A stretch of DNA of 21,838 bases, taken from the IMG/VR virus record IMGVR_UViG_3300023371_000434; one strand, given 5' to 3'. The notes under the pieces were generated by a model. That model was not told where the DNA came from and searched no databases. It was given only the letters and a program-made list of their open reading frames with translations. This stretch comes from a virus. A program made the position numbers and the translations under genes. Shown here in pieces: positions 8,616 through 19,625 of the stretch. Numbering within the stretch: the first letter of the stretch is position 1; each line of letters starts with the position of its first letter.

Positions 8616-8644
8616 ATTATACACTACGTATATACGTATGTCAA
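8616..8644 (-). promoter_or_regulatory. Consensus sigma-A promoter with 14-bp palindrome in spacer
   Basis: TTGACA-TACGTATATACGTAGTG (17)-TATAAT; TACGTATATACGTA (8625-8638) is a perfect palindrome. Confidence 0.85.
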
Positions 8645-8665
8645 TACTTTTTATAAACTTTTTTT

Positions 8666-8705
8666 AATATTTTTAAAAAGCCTACAGTTTATGGAACTGT
8701 AAGCT
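8666..8705 (-). terminator. Rho-independent terminator of ArpU/RinA-like gene
   Basis: AGCTTACAGTT-CCATA-AACTGTAGGCT-TTTTTAAAAA, 11-bp stem. Confidence 0.85.
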
Positions 8706-8710
8706 CTATT

Positions 8711-9133
8711 TTATATCTCTCCAAACTCTTTGGCTGTCATATATATAACTTTATTCATTGTATTGTAATATGTATCTTTAGATATTCCGTTATTCATTTG
8801 TGTATATATTTGATTTTTACCTTCTTTAAAAATCAATTCTACAACTTCCATTTCTTCTGGTATTAATCTTTTATAAACTTTTTCTATAGCTCTTATTTTC
8901 TTTTCTATTGTTATCATTCTTCTCGTACTAGTTTGTTCTATTATTTTTACAGCTTTTCTTTCAGTTGGATTTCCTGTAGCATTTCCTTTAGGTTGTCCGT
9001 CTGGTGGTAATGCAGATTCTTCTATAATCTCTTTTTCTAATTCTTCAAATTCTTTACAATTATCCCAATATTGATATAATTCATTCTTCACGTATTCTCT
9101 TATTTTGTAGGGTATCTTGTACTGTTTCCTCAT
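8711..9133 (-). CDS. ArpU/RinA-like phage transcriptional regulator
   Basis: 140 aa, MRKQYKIPYKIREYVKNELYQYWDNCKEFEELEKEI..., sigma region 4-like C-terminus (VELIFKEGKNQIYTQMNNGISKDTYYNTMNKVIYMTAKEFG); located between early and late modules. Confidence 0.7.
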   Translation of the reverse strand: MRKQYKIPYKIREYVKNELYQYWDNCKEFEELEKEIIEESALPPDGQPKGNATGNPTERKAVKIIEQTSTRRMITIEKKIRAIEKVYKRLIPEEMEVVELIFKEGKNQIYTQMNNGISKDTYYNTMNKVIYMTAKEFGEI

Positions 9134-9148
9134 ACTCTTCCTCCTTTG

Positions 9149-9403
9149 TTACTTAATAAGATTTATAAGCACTTTTATTTTACTTATCTCTACTGTTGTA
9201 TCAGCCCAACCTCTTCTTTCTGCTTCTTCTACCAGTGCTATTATCTCCTGTATTATTTTCTCTGTATCATCAAAAGCACATCCTCTGCATCCCATTTTTT
9301 CTACATTACAACTTGATTGTTCTTTTCCTGTGCATTTCATATACTCTCTCCTTTCGTATATCTTACTTCTTTTTAATTCTTTTAGCATTTGTTCTATGTT
9401 CAT
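9149..9403 (-). CDS. Hypothetical protein
   Basis: 84 aa ORF, good RBS. Confidence 0.5.
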   Translation of the reverse strand: MNIEQMLKELKRSKIYERREYMKCTGKEQSSCNVEKMGCRGCAFDDTEKIIQEIIALVEEAERRGWADTTVEISKIKVLINLIK

Positions 9404-9418
9404 TTGCTATTCTCCTCT

Positions 9419-9526
9419 TTAAAAATCTTTTACCATTTTATATACTACATATATTCCTAACCCCATTATTGCTATTGTAAATATTATAAGTGCTATTATA
9501 AAAATTGTTGCTACTATATCTAACAT
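9419..9526 (-). CDS. 35-aa single-span membrane protein
   Basis: MLDIVATIFIIALIIFTIAIMGLGIYVVYKMVKDF; RBS GGAGAG; missing from ORF track. Confidence 0.6.
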   Translation of the reverse strand: MLDIVATIFIIALIIFTIAIMGLGIYVVYKMVKDF

Positions 9527-9530
9527 ATCT

Positions 9531-9668
9531 TTATCTCTCCTCTCTAAATATATTTTTTAGTATTTTCTTTAATTTGCCTTTTCTTTTCTCTTTTAGGCTT
9601 TCCACATATTGTTGTATATCTTCTTTTGTTACAATCAAATCAAATTCATCCATCCATTCTGCATACAT
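9531..9668 (-). CDS. 45-aa hypothetical protein
   Basis: MYAEWMDEFDLIVTKEDIQQYVESLKEKRKGKLKKILKNIFREER; RBS AAGGAG. Confidence 0.6.
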   Translation of the reverse strand: MYAEWMDEFDLIVTKEDIQQYVESLKEKRKGKLKKILKNIFREER

Positions 9669-9675
9669 ATTTGTA

Positions 9676-10016
9676 TCACTCCTTATTTATTTTTTTATCT
9701 AGTTGTTTTACTGCTTTAATAAGTTCATTTATTTTATTAAAATGATTTTTCATTGATTCTCTTGTATCAAAAACTGTATTTGGTTTTAATTCTTCAATAG
9801 CTTGTATATCTATATCTTGTTTTTCTTCTATTAATTCAAATTCTGCATTTGCAATATGTTCATCTGTCCAATGTAACATTAAAGGTTCATCACCTTCATA
9901 AATAGTAAATCCATCAAATTCACATATTGTATCTTTGTATCTTAATTTAGTCCCGTTTTGTTATTTCTTTTTCTGCAATCATTCTTAATATTTCCCATCC
10001 GTTTATATGTTTTCAT
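9676..10016 (-). CDS. Phage protein MKTYK^[15 protein letters not shown]^[36 protein letters not shown]..., needs two +1 shifts at CGG 10001..9999 and CGG 9955..9953
   Basis: Both CGG codons are in frame when reached; +1 at each restores a continuous ORF and joins ORF 9676..9879. Confidence 0.8.
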
Positions 10017-10375
10017 TCCATTTTCTCCCCTTTCCTCTTGGTTTTGCTAAACCTGTTCTATATGCGTGTTTTTCATTTTCACTTTGATTACACCATTCCA
10101 AATTATCTATCCTATTATTAGTTTTATCTCCATCTTTGTGATTTACTTGAGGTTTATTCATAACATTTGCAATAAAGTATTGTGCAACTAAAATATGTAC
10201 TTTTTTAGTTTTATGTATGTTATTTATACTTAAACCTACTGTATGATAACCATATCTATTTGGAGTTGATTTTAATATTTTTTCTTTTCCGAATTTTAAG
10301 GATTTAACTCTGCCTAAATTACTTATTTGATATATGCCTTCATATCCGTTTTATATCTCGCCATTCTTCTTCCAA
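10003..10375 (-). CDS. NUMOD4-HNH endonuclease, needs +1 shift at CGG 10348..10346
   Basis: TTG start 10375 with GGAGG RBS; MEEEWRDIK^[27 protein letters not shown]...[28 protein letters not shown]; NUMOD4 motif requires the shift. Confidence 0.9.
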
Positions 10376-10377
10376 GT

Positions 10378-10542
10378 CTATTCCTCCACTTCTTTAACAT
10401 CGAAACCTTCTCGCTCCAATGCTTCTTTTAATTCCTCTTCTGTTGTTCCTACTACTCCTAAATACATATCTTTAAATATGTCTGCAATTGTTTCTATTTC
10501 AAATTCATCACATTCTACTTCGTATTTTCCAAATATATACAA
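10378..10542 (-). CDS. 54-aa hypothetical protein (TTG start)
   Basis: MYIFGKYEVECDEFEIETIADIFKDMYLGVVGTTEEELKEALEREGFDVKEVEE; GGAGG RBS. Confidence 0.55.
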   Translation of the reverse strand: MYIFGKYEVECDEFEIETIADIFKDMYLGVVGTTEEELKEALEREGFDVKEVEE

Positions 10543-10544
10543 CT

Positions 10545-10758
10545 CTATTCCTCCTCATAATAATCATCTTCAAAAAATCCCAATTTGTATTCTTCCTCAA
10601 ACGTTAATAGTTTACCATTTTTGTAAACATCAAATGCACAATGACCATTATCATAAGACCATAACCAATTTTGTCTAAACCATCTTAATATCTTATCTAT
10701 ACTTTCATTTTTATAACTATCAATTTTACAATGATACTGCCAAATATCAATTTTCCAT
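10545..10758 (-). CDS. Hypothetical protein with unresolved 5' frame (ATGG AAA ATT GAT ATT TGG CAG...)
   Basis: Open frame KIDIWQYHCKIDSYKNESIDKILRWFRQNWLWSYDNGHCAFDVYKNGKLLTFEEEYKLGFFEDDYYEEE*; coupled ATG at 10758 is in a different frame (ATG GAA AAT TGA), no CGG involved. Confidence 0.4.
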
Positions 10759-11010
10759 TATTCCTCCTTTACTTTTTCTACTAGTCCTGCTTGGATTAGG
10801 TCAGTTAAAAGTTCTTTTTGATATTCTTCCCAACTACTTCCGCAAAAATCTTCAATGCATATAAAAATTGTTCTATCTTTATATATTGCTATGTAATCGT
10901 TGTATTCTAAGTCTTTAATATAAGCTTTGTGGCAAGCATCATCTAATCCTAATCTATATCCAAACTTCTCTAATTCTTTTAAATCTACTCCGTTCTTTTA
11001 TCTTTAACAT
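10758..11010 (-). CDS. Phage protein MLKIKE^GVDLKELEKFGYRLGLDDACHKAYIKDLEYNDYIAIYKDRTIFICIEDFCGSSWEEYQKELL..., needs +1 shift at CGG 10992..10990
   Basis: Zero frame ATG TTA AAG ATA AAA GAA CGG AGT ... TAG; +1 at CGG opens the frame to TAA 10760..10758. Confidence 0.8.
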
Positions 11011-11423
11011 ATTTCCTCCTTTACTTTATAACAGTTAGCTTCAAACAATTCTTTTGTTAGTATTGTTTTGATATCAGCTTGATATATGTAATATTTCATA
11101 TCTGTTCCTTTAAATTGTGCTGTTCTGTATTGTGTCACTAACTTTCTTCCTCTATATTCTTCTGTTCCATCATCTAATGTTTCCCAATATTCAATTATAT
11201 CTATTACTAATTCACCATTCACATAGTCTCCTATTTTTGTTAAATCTATTGTATTAAATGAGTGTGTCTCTATGTCTTCTAATGTATGTACTCCATTTAC
11301 TAGTAGCACGTTACGTTTTCTATATCCAAAACCTTTTTCTTTTCTTGTTTCTGGTGTATTTACAGTTTTTACTTTTCTTATTAATCCTTTTTTAGTTCTA
11401 TAATACTCTCCTACTTCTATCAT
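11004..11423 (-). CDS. Hypothetical phage protein
   Basis: 139 aa intact ORF, RBS, overlaps neighbours. Confidence 0.65.
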   Translation of the reverse strand: MIEVGEYYRTKKGLIRKVKTVNTPETRKEKGFGYRKRNVLLVNGVHTLEDIETHSFNTIDLTKIGDYVNGELVIDIIEYWETLDDGTEEYRGRKLVTQYRTAQFKGTDMKYYIYQADIKTILTKELFEANCYKVKEEIC

Positions 11424-11569
11424 ATTTCCTCCTTATATAAACCTTTTCCACAATTATAGCCACCATACATGCAAAGCATTGCAAGTATAAATGCATTTTG
11501 AGTTTTATTAAATATAATGATTCCAACTATAATTTCAACTATTCCAAATATAAAATCCATATATTTCAT
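11420..11569 (-). CDS. 49-aa small membrane protein
   Basis: MKYMDFIFGIVEIIVGIIIFNKTQNAFILAMLCMYGGYNCGKGLYKEEI; GGAGG RBS; ATGA overlap. Confidence 0.55.
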   Translation of the reverse strand: MKYMDFIFGIVEIIVGIIIFNKTQNAFILAMLCMYGGYNCGKGLYKEEI

Positions 11570-11582
11570 CTCATATTTCCTC

Positions 11583-11810
11583 CTATCTCATACCTTCAAA
11601 TTCTATATATCCTTCACGTTTTAATTTATTTAGTTTCTTGTCCATTTCTCTAAATCTTTCTTCTATTTTAATTACTTCTTTCTCTTCCAACATCTTCAAT
11701 ATCTCTTCCTTTGCTTTTATAAACTCTGCACTGTAACATATTGAATTTATGTATTTGTTATATATTATGTGTTTATCTAAGTTGTTTAAGATTTCTATTA
11801 TTTCGTTCAT
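11583..11810 (-). CDS. Hypothetical coiled-coil protein
   Basis: MNEIIEILNNLDKHIIYNKYINSICYSAEFIKAKEEILKML...; start chosen after GGGAGG RBS. Confidence 0.55.
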   Translation of the reverse strand: MNEIIEILNNLDKHIIYNKYINSICYSAEFIKAKEEILKMLEEKEVIKIEERFREMDKKLNKLKREGYIEFEGMR

Positions 11811-12094
11811 GTTGTTTCCTCCCATCCAATTGCTAGTCTGATATACTTTATAACGTCATCTTCTTGCATAATTTTATTTTCAATAACTCTTTTAGAATAT
11901 TTGTCTATTCCTTCCATAACTTTTTTATTGAACTTATTTTCTTTTGCATTATCTTCTAATCTCATTAAGAACCATTTAAACATTTTTAACATAACTGTTT
12001 TTGGCATTTGTTCATCTTGTTGTTTTAACCAATCGTCAAATGTTTGTTGATTTTCAAAGCCTTCTATAAAAATGTTTTTTGAAACTTGTATCAT
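11807..12094 (-). CDS. Hypothetical protein
   Basis: MIQVSKNIFIEGFENQQTFDDWLKQQDEQMPK...; start at 12094 preceded by AAAAAGGAGGTAAAA; longer ORF start is in the repeat region. Confidence 0.6.
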   Translation of the reverse strand: MIQVSKNIFIEGFENQQTFDDWLKQQDEQMPKTVMLKMFKWFLMRLEDNAKENKFNKKVMEGIDKYSKRVIENKIMQEDDVIKYIRLAIGWEETT

Positions 12095-12159
12095 TTTTAC
12101 CTCCTTTTTAATGGTAACGGACTTGTTAACTGTGTAAAAACTTCTTAAATCTTTAGAGC

Positions 12160-14404
<2,245 letters not shown>

Positions 14405-14468
14405 TTATTACACCTGCCTTTTCTTTTGAGTAAAGGCAGCACAATTCCACTTATGCTGCCTCTTATTT

Positions 14469-14972
14469 CTAGCCCCAACCTAAATCTTCTTTTATTTCAT
14501 CTGATTCAGTAACAGGTATATTTGCTTTTTTGAATTTTTCTGCAATTTTAAAAGTTTTAAATCCTTTTTTATTTTTTCCATATTCAAGTGCATATTCTTC
14601 ATTAACAATTTTTTCATATATATTTAGTAACAAAATATTGTAATTTGCATAACCTTTAAATTCTACTATTTCGTCTGTTTCTAAACTTCTTAAAAACTCA
14701 TTAACAACATGTATTTGAAATCCTTCTCTTACTAATTGATTCATAAATATTAATCTTCCTTGATTTTTTCCATTTAATATTTCAAACCAAGTTGTTACCA
14801 TAGGGTCTCCTTTTTTAGATTGTCCTAATTCTAATTTTGTAATTTTAACTTCATATGTTCCTTCTTCAACTTCGTCATATTCTCCAAATTCTCTTGTTGA
14901 TGCATCTTGTACATCTTTCTCTAATCCTTCTATATCTACTTTACTATCAAATTCTTCCCAATTAATTGCCAT
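14469..14972 (-). CDS. DUF669 family protein (SSB-like role in phage replication modules)
   Basis: EGTYEVKITKLELGQSKKGDPMVTTWFEILNGKNQGRLIFMNQ. Confidence 0.75.
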   Translation of the reverse strand: MAINWEEFDSKVDIEGLEKDVQDASTREFGEYDEVEEGTYEVKITKLELGQSKKGDPMVTTWFEILNGKNQGRLIFMNQLVREGFQIHVVNEFLRSLETDEIVEFKGYANYNILLLNIYEKIVNEEYALEYGKNKKGFKTFKIAEKFKKANIPVTESDEIKEDLGWG

Positions 14973-15697
14973 TATTTTTTACCTCCATTTATAAATTCTT
15001 TTTTAAATTCTTCCACATTTAGTGGTATTCTAGTTTGTTGTAAACCTATTCTGTTTCCACCAAACACATAATCGTTATATGTAAAATCTAAATATCTTTT
15101 ATTATCATTATCTAGAATTACTCTTGCTGTAATATCTACCATTCCAGCTAGTTTTTTTGCTATTTTTTCTTGTAGGTTTACAGTGTAACTTGTAATACTT
15201 GTACCATTTTTAAAATTTACTTCTTCTACTTTGTCATGACTTAGTAAAACAATGTTATAATCACTGTTAATAATTCTTTTTATTATTGTTAAAAATTCTG
15301 TTTTAATCATGTCATAACCTTTTCCATATCCCGCATCTGATTCATGTTCTATTTCTAGTTTGTTATACATATAAACTCTACATGCTTCATATACATCTTC
15401 TATTAAATCTATAACTATTGTTTTGTAAGAGTGATTTCCTGCTATTATTTCATCTACTGCTTCTTTAAAAACTTCCCAAGCAAATTTTACTTTTTTTATT
15501 CTTCCCTCCATACTTACTTCATCTCTTATTGCTATATATGGAGCATCTACATATTGTATATTTCCATCTGTATTTAATATCAATGGTTCTGGAAATCCGT
15601 TAGCAAAAGTTGTTTTTCCACTCATAGGACTTCCATATAAATATAATTTTACTTTTTTAGATGCCTGAACATCTCTTTTTTTATTTTCTGGTAACAT
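14972..15697 (-). CDS. Sak4/RecA-like AAA ATPase
   Basis: LYLYGSPMSGKTTFANGFPEPLILNTDGN, YKTIVIDLIEDVYEAC, NIVLLSHDK. Confidence 0.85.
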   Translation of the reverse strand: MLPENKKRDVQASKKVKLYLYGSPMSGKTTFANGFPEPLILNTDGNIQYVDAPYIAIRDEVSMEGRIKKVKFAWEVFKEAVDEIIAGNHSYKTIVIDLIEDVYEACRVYMYNKLEIEHESDAGYGKGYDMIKTEFLTIIKRIINSDYNIVLLSHDKVEEVNFKNGTSITSYTVNLQEKIAKKLAGMVDITARVILDNDNKRYLDFTYNDYVFGGNRIGLQQTRIPLNVEEFKKEFINGGKK

Positions 15698-15709
15698 CTT
15701 ATTTCCTCC

Positions 15710-16749
<1,040 letters not shown>

Positions 16750-16750
<1 letters not shown>

Positions 16751-17100
16751 TAGTCCTCCAATTCATCAATACTAAGTTGTTTATTAATTTTTTCAACAAA
16801 TACTTCGTTAGTTTCTTCATTAATTTTTAACTCATAGTCATATCCGACACTACCTTTATTTGTATTTTTAGTTTCTTTTATTTTTTCGCTTATTGAATAA
16901 TCAATTCTAGGTTCTTCCCATTCGATGTATTCGCCTTCCTCTGTTGTATCTCCGAAGTGAGAACTATCTAAATTTATCTTCAAATTAATTTCTGCTTCTC
17001 TTTTTCCTGTAACAACGATATTCATAAGTCTATTCAATATAATTTCCAGTTGATCCCTCATAGGTTTTAATAATTCACTATCTAAATCTAATTTTTGCAT
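16750..17100 (-). CDS. Hypothetical phage protein
   Basis: MQKLDLDSELLKPMRDQLEIILNRLMN...; start after AAAGGAGG. Confidence 0.6.
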
Positions 17101-17101
17101 T

Positions 17102-18331
17102 TTATAATTCCTCCTTTTTAAATAATTCATCTGTATAGTCTTTTCTTTGTTTCAATGTTTCAAGTATTTTTTCTTCAATTGAATTTTCAGTAATTAAGTA
17201 ATAATACATACAATTATTTTTTTGCCCTATACGATGAATACGTTTCTTCGATTGTTCAAATAATTCTGAACTTAGAGGCAAACTAAAATAAATTATTTTA
17301 TTTGCCTTTTGTAAGTTTAGTCCGGTTGCTCCTGCTTGATATTGTACAAATGTTACACTGTTATTGTATTTTTCATAATGCGTTAAGTCTTTCATATCTC
17401 CACAAACTATGCTTATATTCTTTTCTGTACATAATCTAGTAATCAATTTTCTTTCTTCATTAAAATTGTAAAAAATTATAAGTCTGTCATCTGTAGATTC
17501 TATTATGTCTTTAAGTGCTTGTAATTTATTTTTATTGTATTGTGCTGCTAATTGTCTTAAATATAAGAGCCTTGTAAGTGATGTGTCTCCAATTAGTTGT
17601 TTATCATCTAAAGTAATAAGTCTATCTGTCTTAAATCTCTTATATTCTTTTGTGTTTTCAACTTTTACTACATTATCGATTTGTTCTGGAAGTTCTATTG
17701 CTTCCTCTGTTTTCATGAATACTGCACCGTATTGAGCTAACCTTTGTTTTAAATGTTCAGTATTTTTATAACCTGTTACTTTAGGCATTTTATAACCATT
17801 TATTGGTATTAATATGTAATTTATATACATATTCCAAAATGTCTCTTTAGTAATTTTCCATCCTAACAATTTGCATTGTGTTAATAATTCTTCATATTTT
17901 CCTCCAGTTGGAGTTCCACTACATAAAATTAAATTTTTGAAATTTAAATTCATAATAAATTTTGTTCTTGATGCTTTTGAATTTTTTATGAACTGAGATT
18001 CATCTAAAATCAATGTGTAATTATTTAATCCTAGAAATTCTGATCTCCTCCATATTAAATCATAGTTTATTATCACTACTGTTTTATTTAATAATTGGTC
18101 TGGTAGATTATAAGTAAATACCTGGTATTCTGAATAATACTTTTTTATATGCATTTCCCATATTGAAACAACAGATTTTGGACAAACAATAACTACTAAA
18201 TTATCATTAAGTTCTTTCATTTTTTCTGATGCAACAAATGTCTTTCCTAATCCCATATCCAGATACAAAGCGCATCTAGTTTTTTCTTTTATCTGATTCA
18301 ACACTTGCTTTTGATGTGGATATAAGTCCAT
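17102..18331 (-). CDS. SNF2/DEAD-box helicase
   Basis: LYPHQKQVLNQIKEKTRCALYLDMGLGKTFVASEKM ... LDESQFIKN ... AGATGLNLQKAN ... SKKRIHRIGQKN. Confidence 0.95.
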   Translation of the reverse strand: MDLYPHQKQVLNQIKEKTRCALYLDMGLGKTFVASEKMKELNDNLVVIVCPKSVVSIWEMHIKKYYSEYQVFTYNLPDQLLNKTVVIINYDLIWRRSEFLGLNNYTLILDESQFIKNSKASRTKFIMNLNFKNLILCSGTPTGGKYEELLTQCKLLGWKITKETFWNMYINYILIPINGYKMPKVTGYKNTEHLKQRLAQYGAVFMKTEEAIELPEQIDNVVKVENTKEYKRFKTDRLITLDDKQLIGDTSLTRLLYLRQLAAQYNKNKLQALKDIIESTDDRLIIFYNFNEERKLITRLCTEKNISIVCGDMKDLTHYEKYNNSVTFVQYQAGATGLNLQKANKIIYFSLPLSSELFEQSKKRIHRIGQKNNCMYYYLITENSIEEKILETLKQRKDYTDELFKKEEL

Positions 18332-18467
18332 TTTTTTCCTCCTTCAACTGGTTTATTTTTCGCCTTAATTCATCTGCAAACCTATAATCACTGCTATCCC
18401 AACAATCTTGCATTTGTAGCATAAAATATCTTCGCTCTAATTCTTCTAGTGTTTCTGGCATTGTCAT
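18276..18467 (-). CDS. Small hypothetical protein
   Basis: 63 aa ORF overlapping helicase start, GGAGAAATGAC RBS. Confidence 0.5.
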   Translation of the reverse strand: MTMPETLEELERRYFMLQMQDCWDSSDYRFADELRRKINQLKEEKNGLISTSKASVESDKRKN

Positions 18468-18543
18468 TTCTCCTTTGACATATTTGTTTTTTCGTGTTAT
18501 ACTAAAACAAATATGAATTATTTTTTATGTTCTTATTTTTGAG

Positions 18544-18783
18544 TTAGTTTGTTGATTGGTAGTCGGAAACTAGCTCTTTTACTTTGTCTAATCTAACTTT
18601 TGGATTATTGTAATTATTGCTTTCTACTAGAATAATAATTTCATTTATTAAGTTCTTATCTTTCTTGTGTGTTTTTTCTTGACAATGTATAAAATAATCT
18701 CTTTCTGCTTTTTCATTTTCCAATGTTCTTACTGCTCTTGCTAATTCTAAACATCTTGATTCTAATTCTCTTTTTTTAGGCAT
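18544..18783 (-). CDS. Hypothetical coiled-coil protein
   Basis: 79 aa, AGGAGGAATAAGGATG. Confidence 0.55.
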   Translation of the reverse strand: MPKKRELESRCLELARAVRTLENEKAERDYFIHCQEKTHKKDKNLINEIIILVESNNYNNPKVRLDKVKELVSDYQSTN

Positions 18784-18798
18784 CCTTATTCCTCCTTT

Positions 18799-18900
18799 CT
18801 ATAAACCTAATATATTACAAGCTAGTCCATATAATAGACAGCCTAATATTGGTAATGTTATACATGATGTTCCTTTTAAAATTTCTTTTATCTTTTTCAT
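18799..18900 (-). CDS. 33-aa small membrane protein
   Basis: MKKIKEILKGTSCITLPILGCLLYGLACNILGL; GGAG RBS. Confidence 0.45.
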   Translation of the reverse strand: MKKIKEILKGTSCITLPILGCLLYGLACNILGL

Positions 18901-18913
18901 TTGTAACTCCTTT

Positions 18914-19198
18914 CTAAACTACTTTGTTTAGTTCTAAATTGATTTTTCTCTTTTGAAAGTCTACGTTTATTGTTTTACTTCTTGTTTTTCTTTTTATAGG
19001 TTTAATTTCTAATGTTTCTTGTGATTCTAATGTCTTTATTTCTACAAATTCTTTTATGTCTTTTGGGGCAAATCTATAATCTTTCGCTCCAATTTTGAAA
19101 CACTTTAAACCTTCATTTATAAACTTTATTATTGTTCTTGTGTCTTTTACTTTGAAGTATTGCTTTACTTCTTCCATTGTTAATAATGTTTCTTCCAT
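18914..19198 (-). CDS. HTH (excisionase/MerR-like) DNA-binding protein
   Basis: LLTMEEVKQYFKVKDTRTIIKFINEGLKCFKIGAKDYRFAPKDIKEFVE. Confidence 0.65.
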   Translation of the reverse strand: MEETLLTMEEVKQYFKVKDTRTIIKFINEGLKCFKIGAKDYRFAPKDIKEFVEIKTLESQETLEIKPIKRKTRSKTINVDFQKRKINLELNKVV

Positions 19199-19221
19199 AT
19201 TTGCCCTCCTTTTTATCAGTT

Positions 19222-19446
19222 TTACTGAACTTTAAAATTAAAAAAATTTTTTGGAGATTTTCCTAATATTTTAGATATATTATTTATATTCGATATTTTA
19301 GGTTCTGAAATTCCATTCTCAATATTATAGTATGTAACTTTGCTTTTAAATCCTAATAATCTAGCCATGTCTATAATGGATAAACCTTTGTTTTTTCTCT
19401 CCCTTTTCAATTTTTCTGTATATACATACTGACTATATTTATTCAT
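19222..19446 (-). CDS. Cro-like XRE HTH regulator
   Basis: LKRERKNKGLSIIDMARLLGFKSKVTYYNIENGISEPKI. Confidence 0.8.
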   Translation of the reverse strand: MNKYSQYVYTEKLKRERKNKGLSIIDMARLLGFKSKVTYYNIENGISEPKISNINNISKILGKSPKNFFNFKVQ

Positions 19447-19479
19447 TCTACACCTCCCTGGTTTTGTTTTACTGTACTT

Positions 19480-19507
19480 ATTATATCAGAGCAACTGAAC
19501 TTGTCAA
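19480..19507 (-). promoter_or_regulatory. Promoter for cro/early operon
   Basis: TTGACA-16 nt-TATAAT with overlapping AGTTCAGTT operator-like sequence. Confidence 0.75.
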
Positions 19508-19576
19508 TAGTTTTTCGAAAAAAGTTTTTTATAACTGAACTATCGTTAGAAGCTGTAAGAAAAAAAATTTTTATTG

Positions 19577-19605
19577 TTTACTTTTTCTGAACTATATGTT
19601 AGAAT
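19577..19605 (+). promoter_or_regulatory. Promoter for CI-like repressor
   Basis: TTTACT-17 nt-TAGAAT with CTGAACTA operator-like sequence in the spacer. Confidence 0.6.
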
Positions 19606-19625
19606 ATTATTAGGAGTGATTTTAA

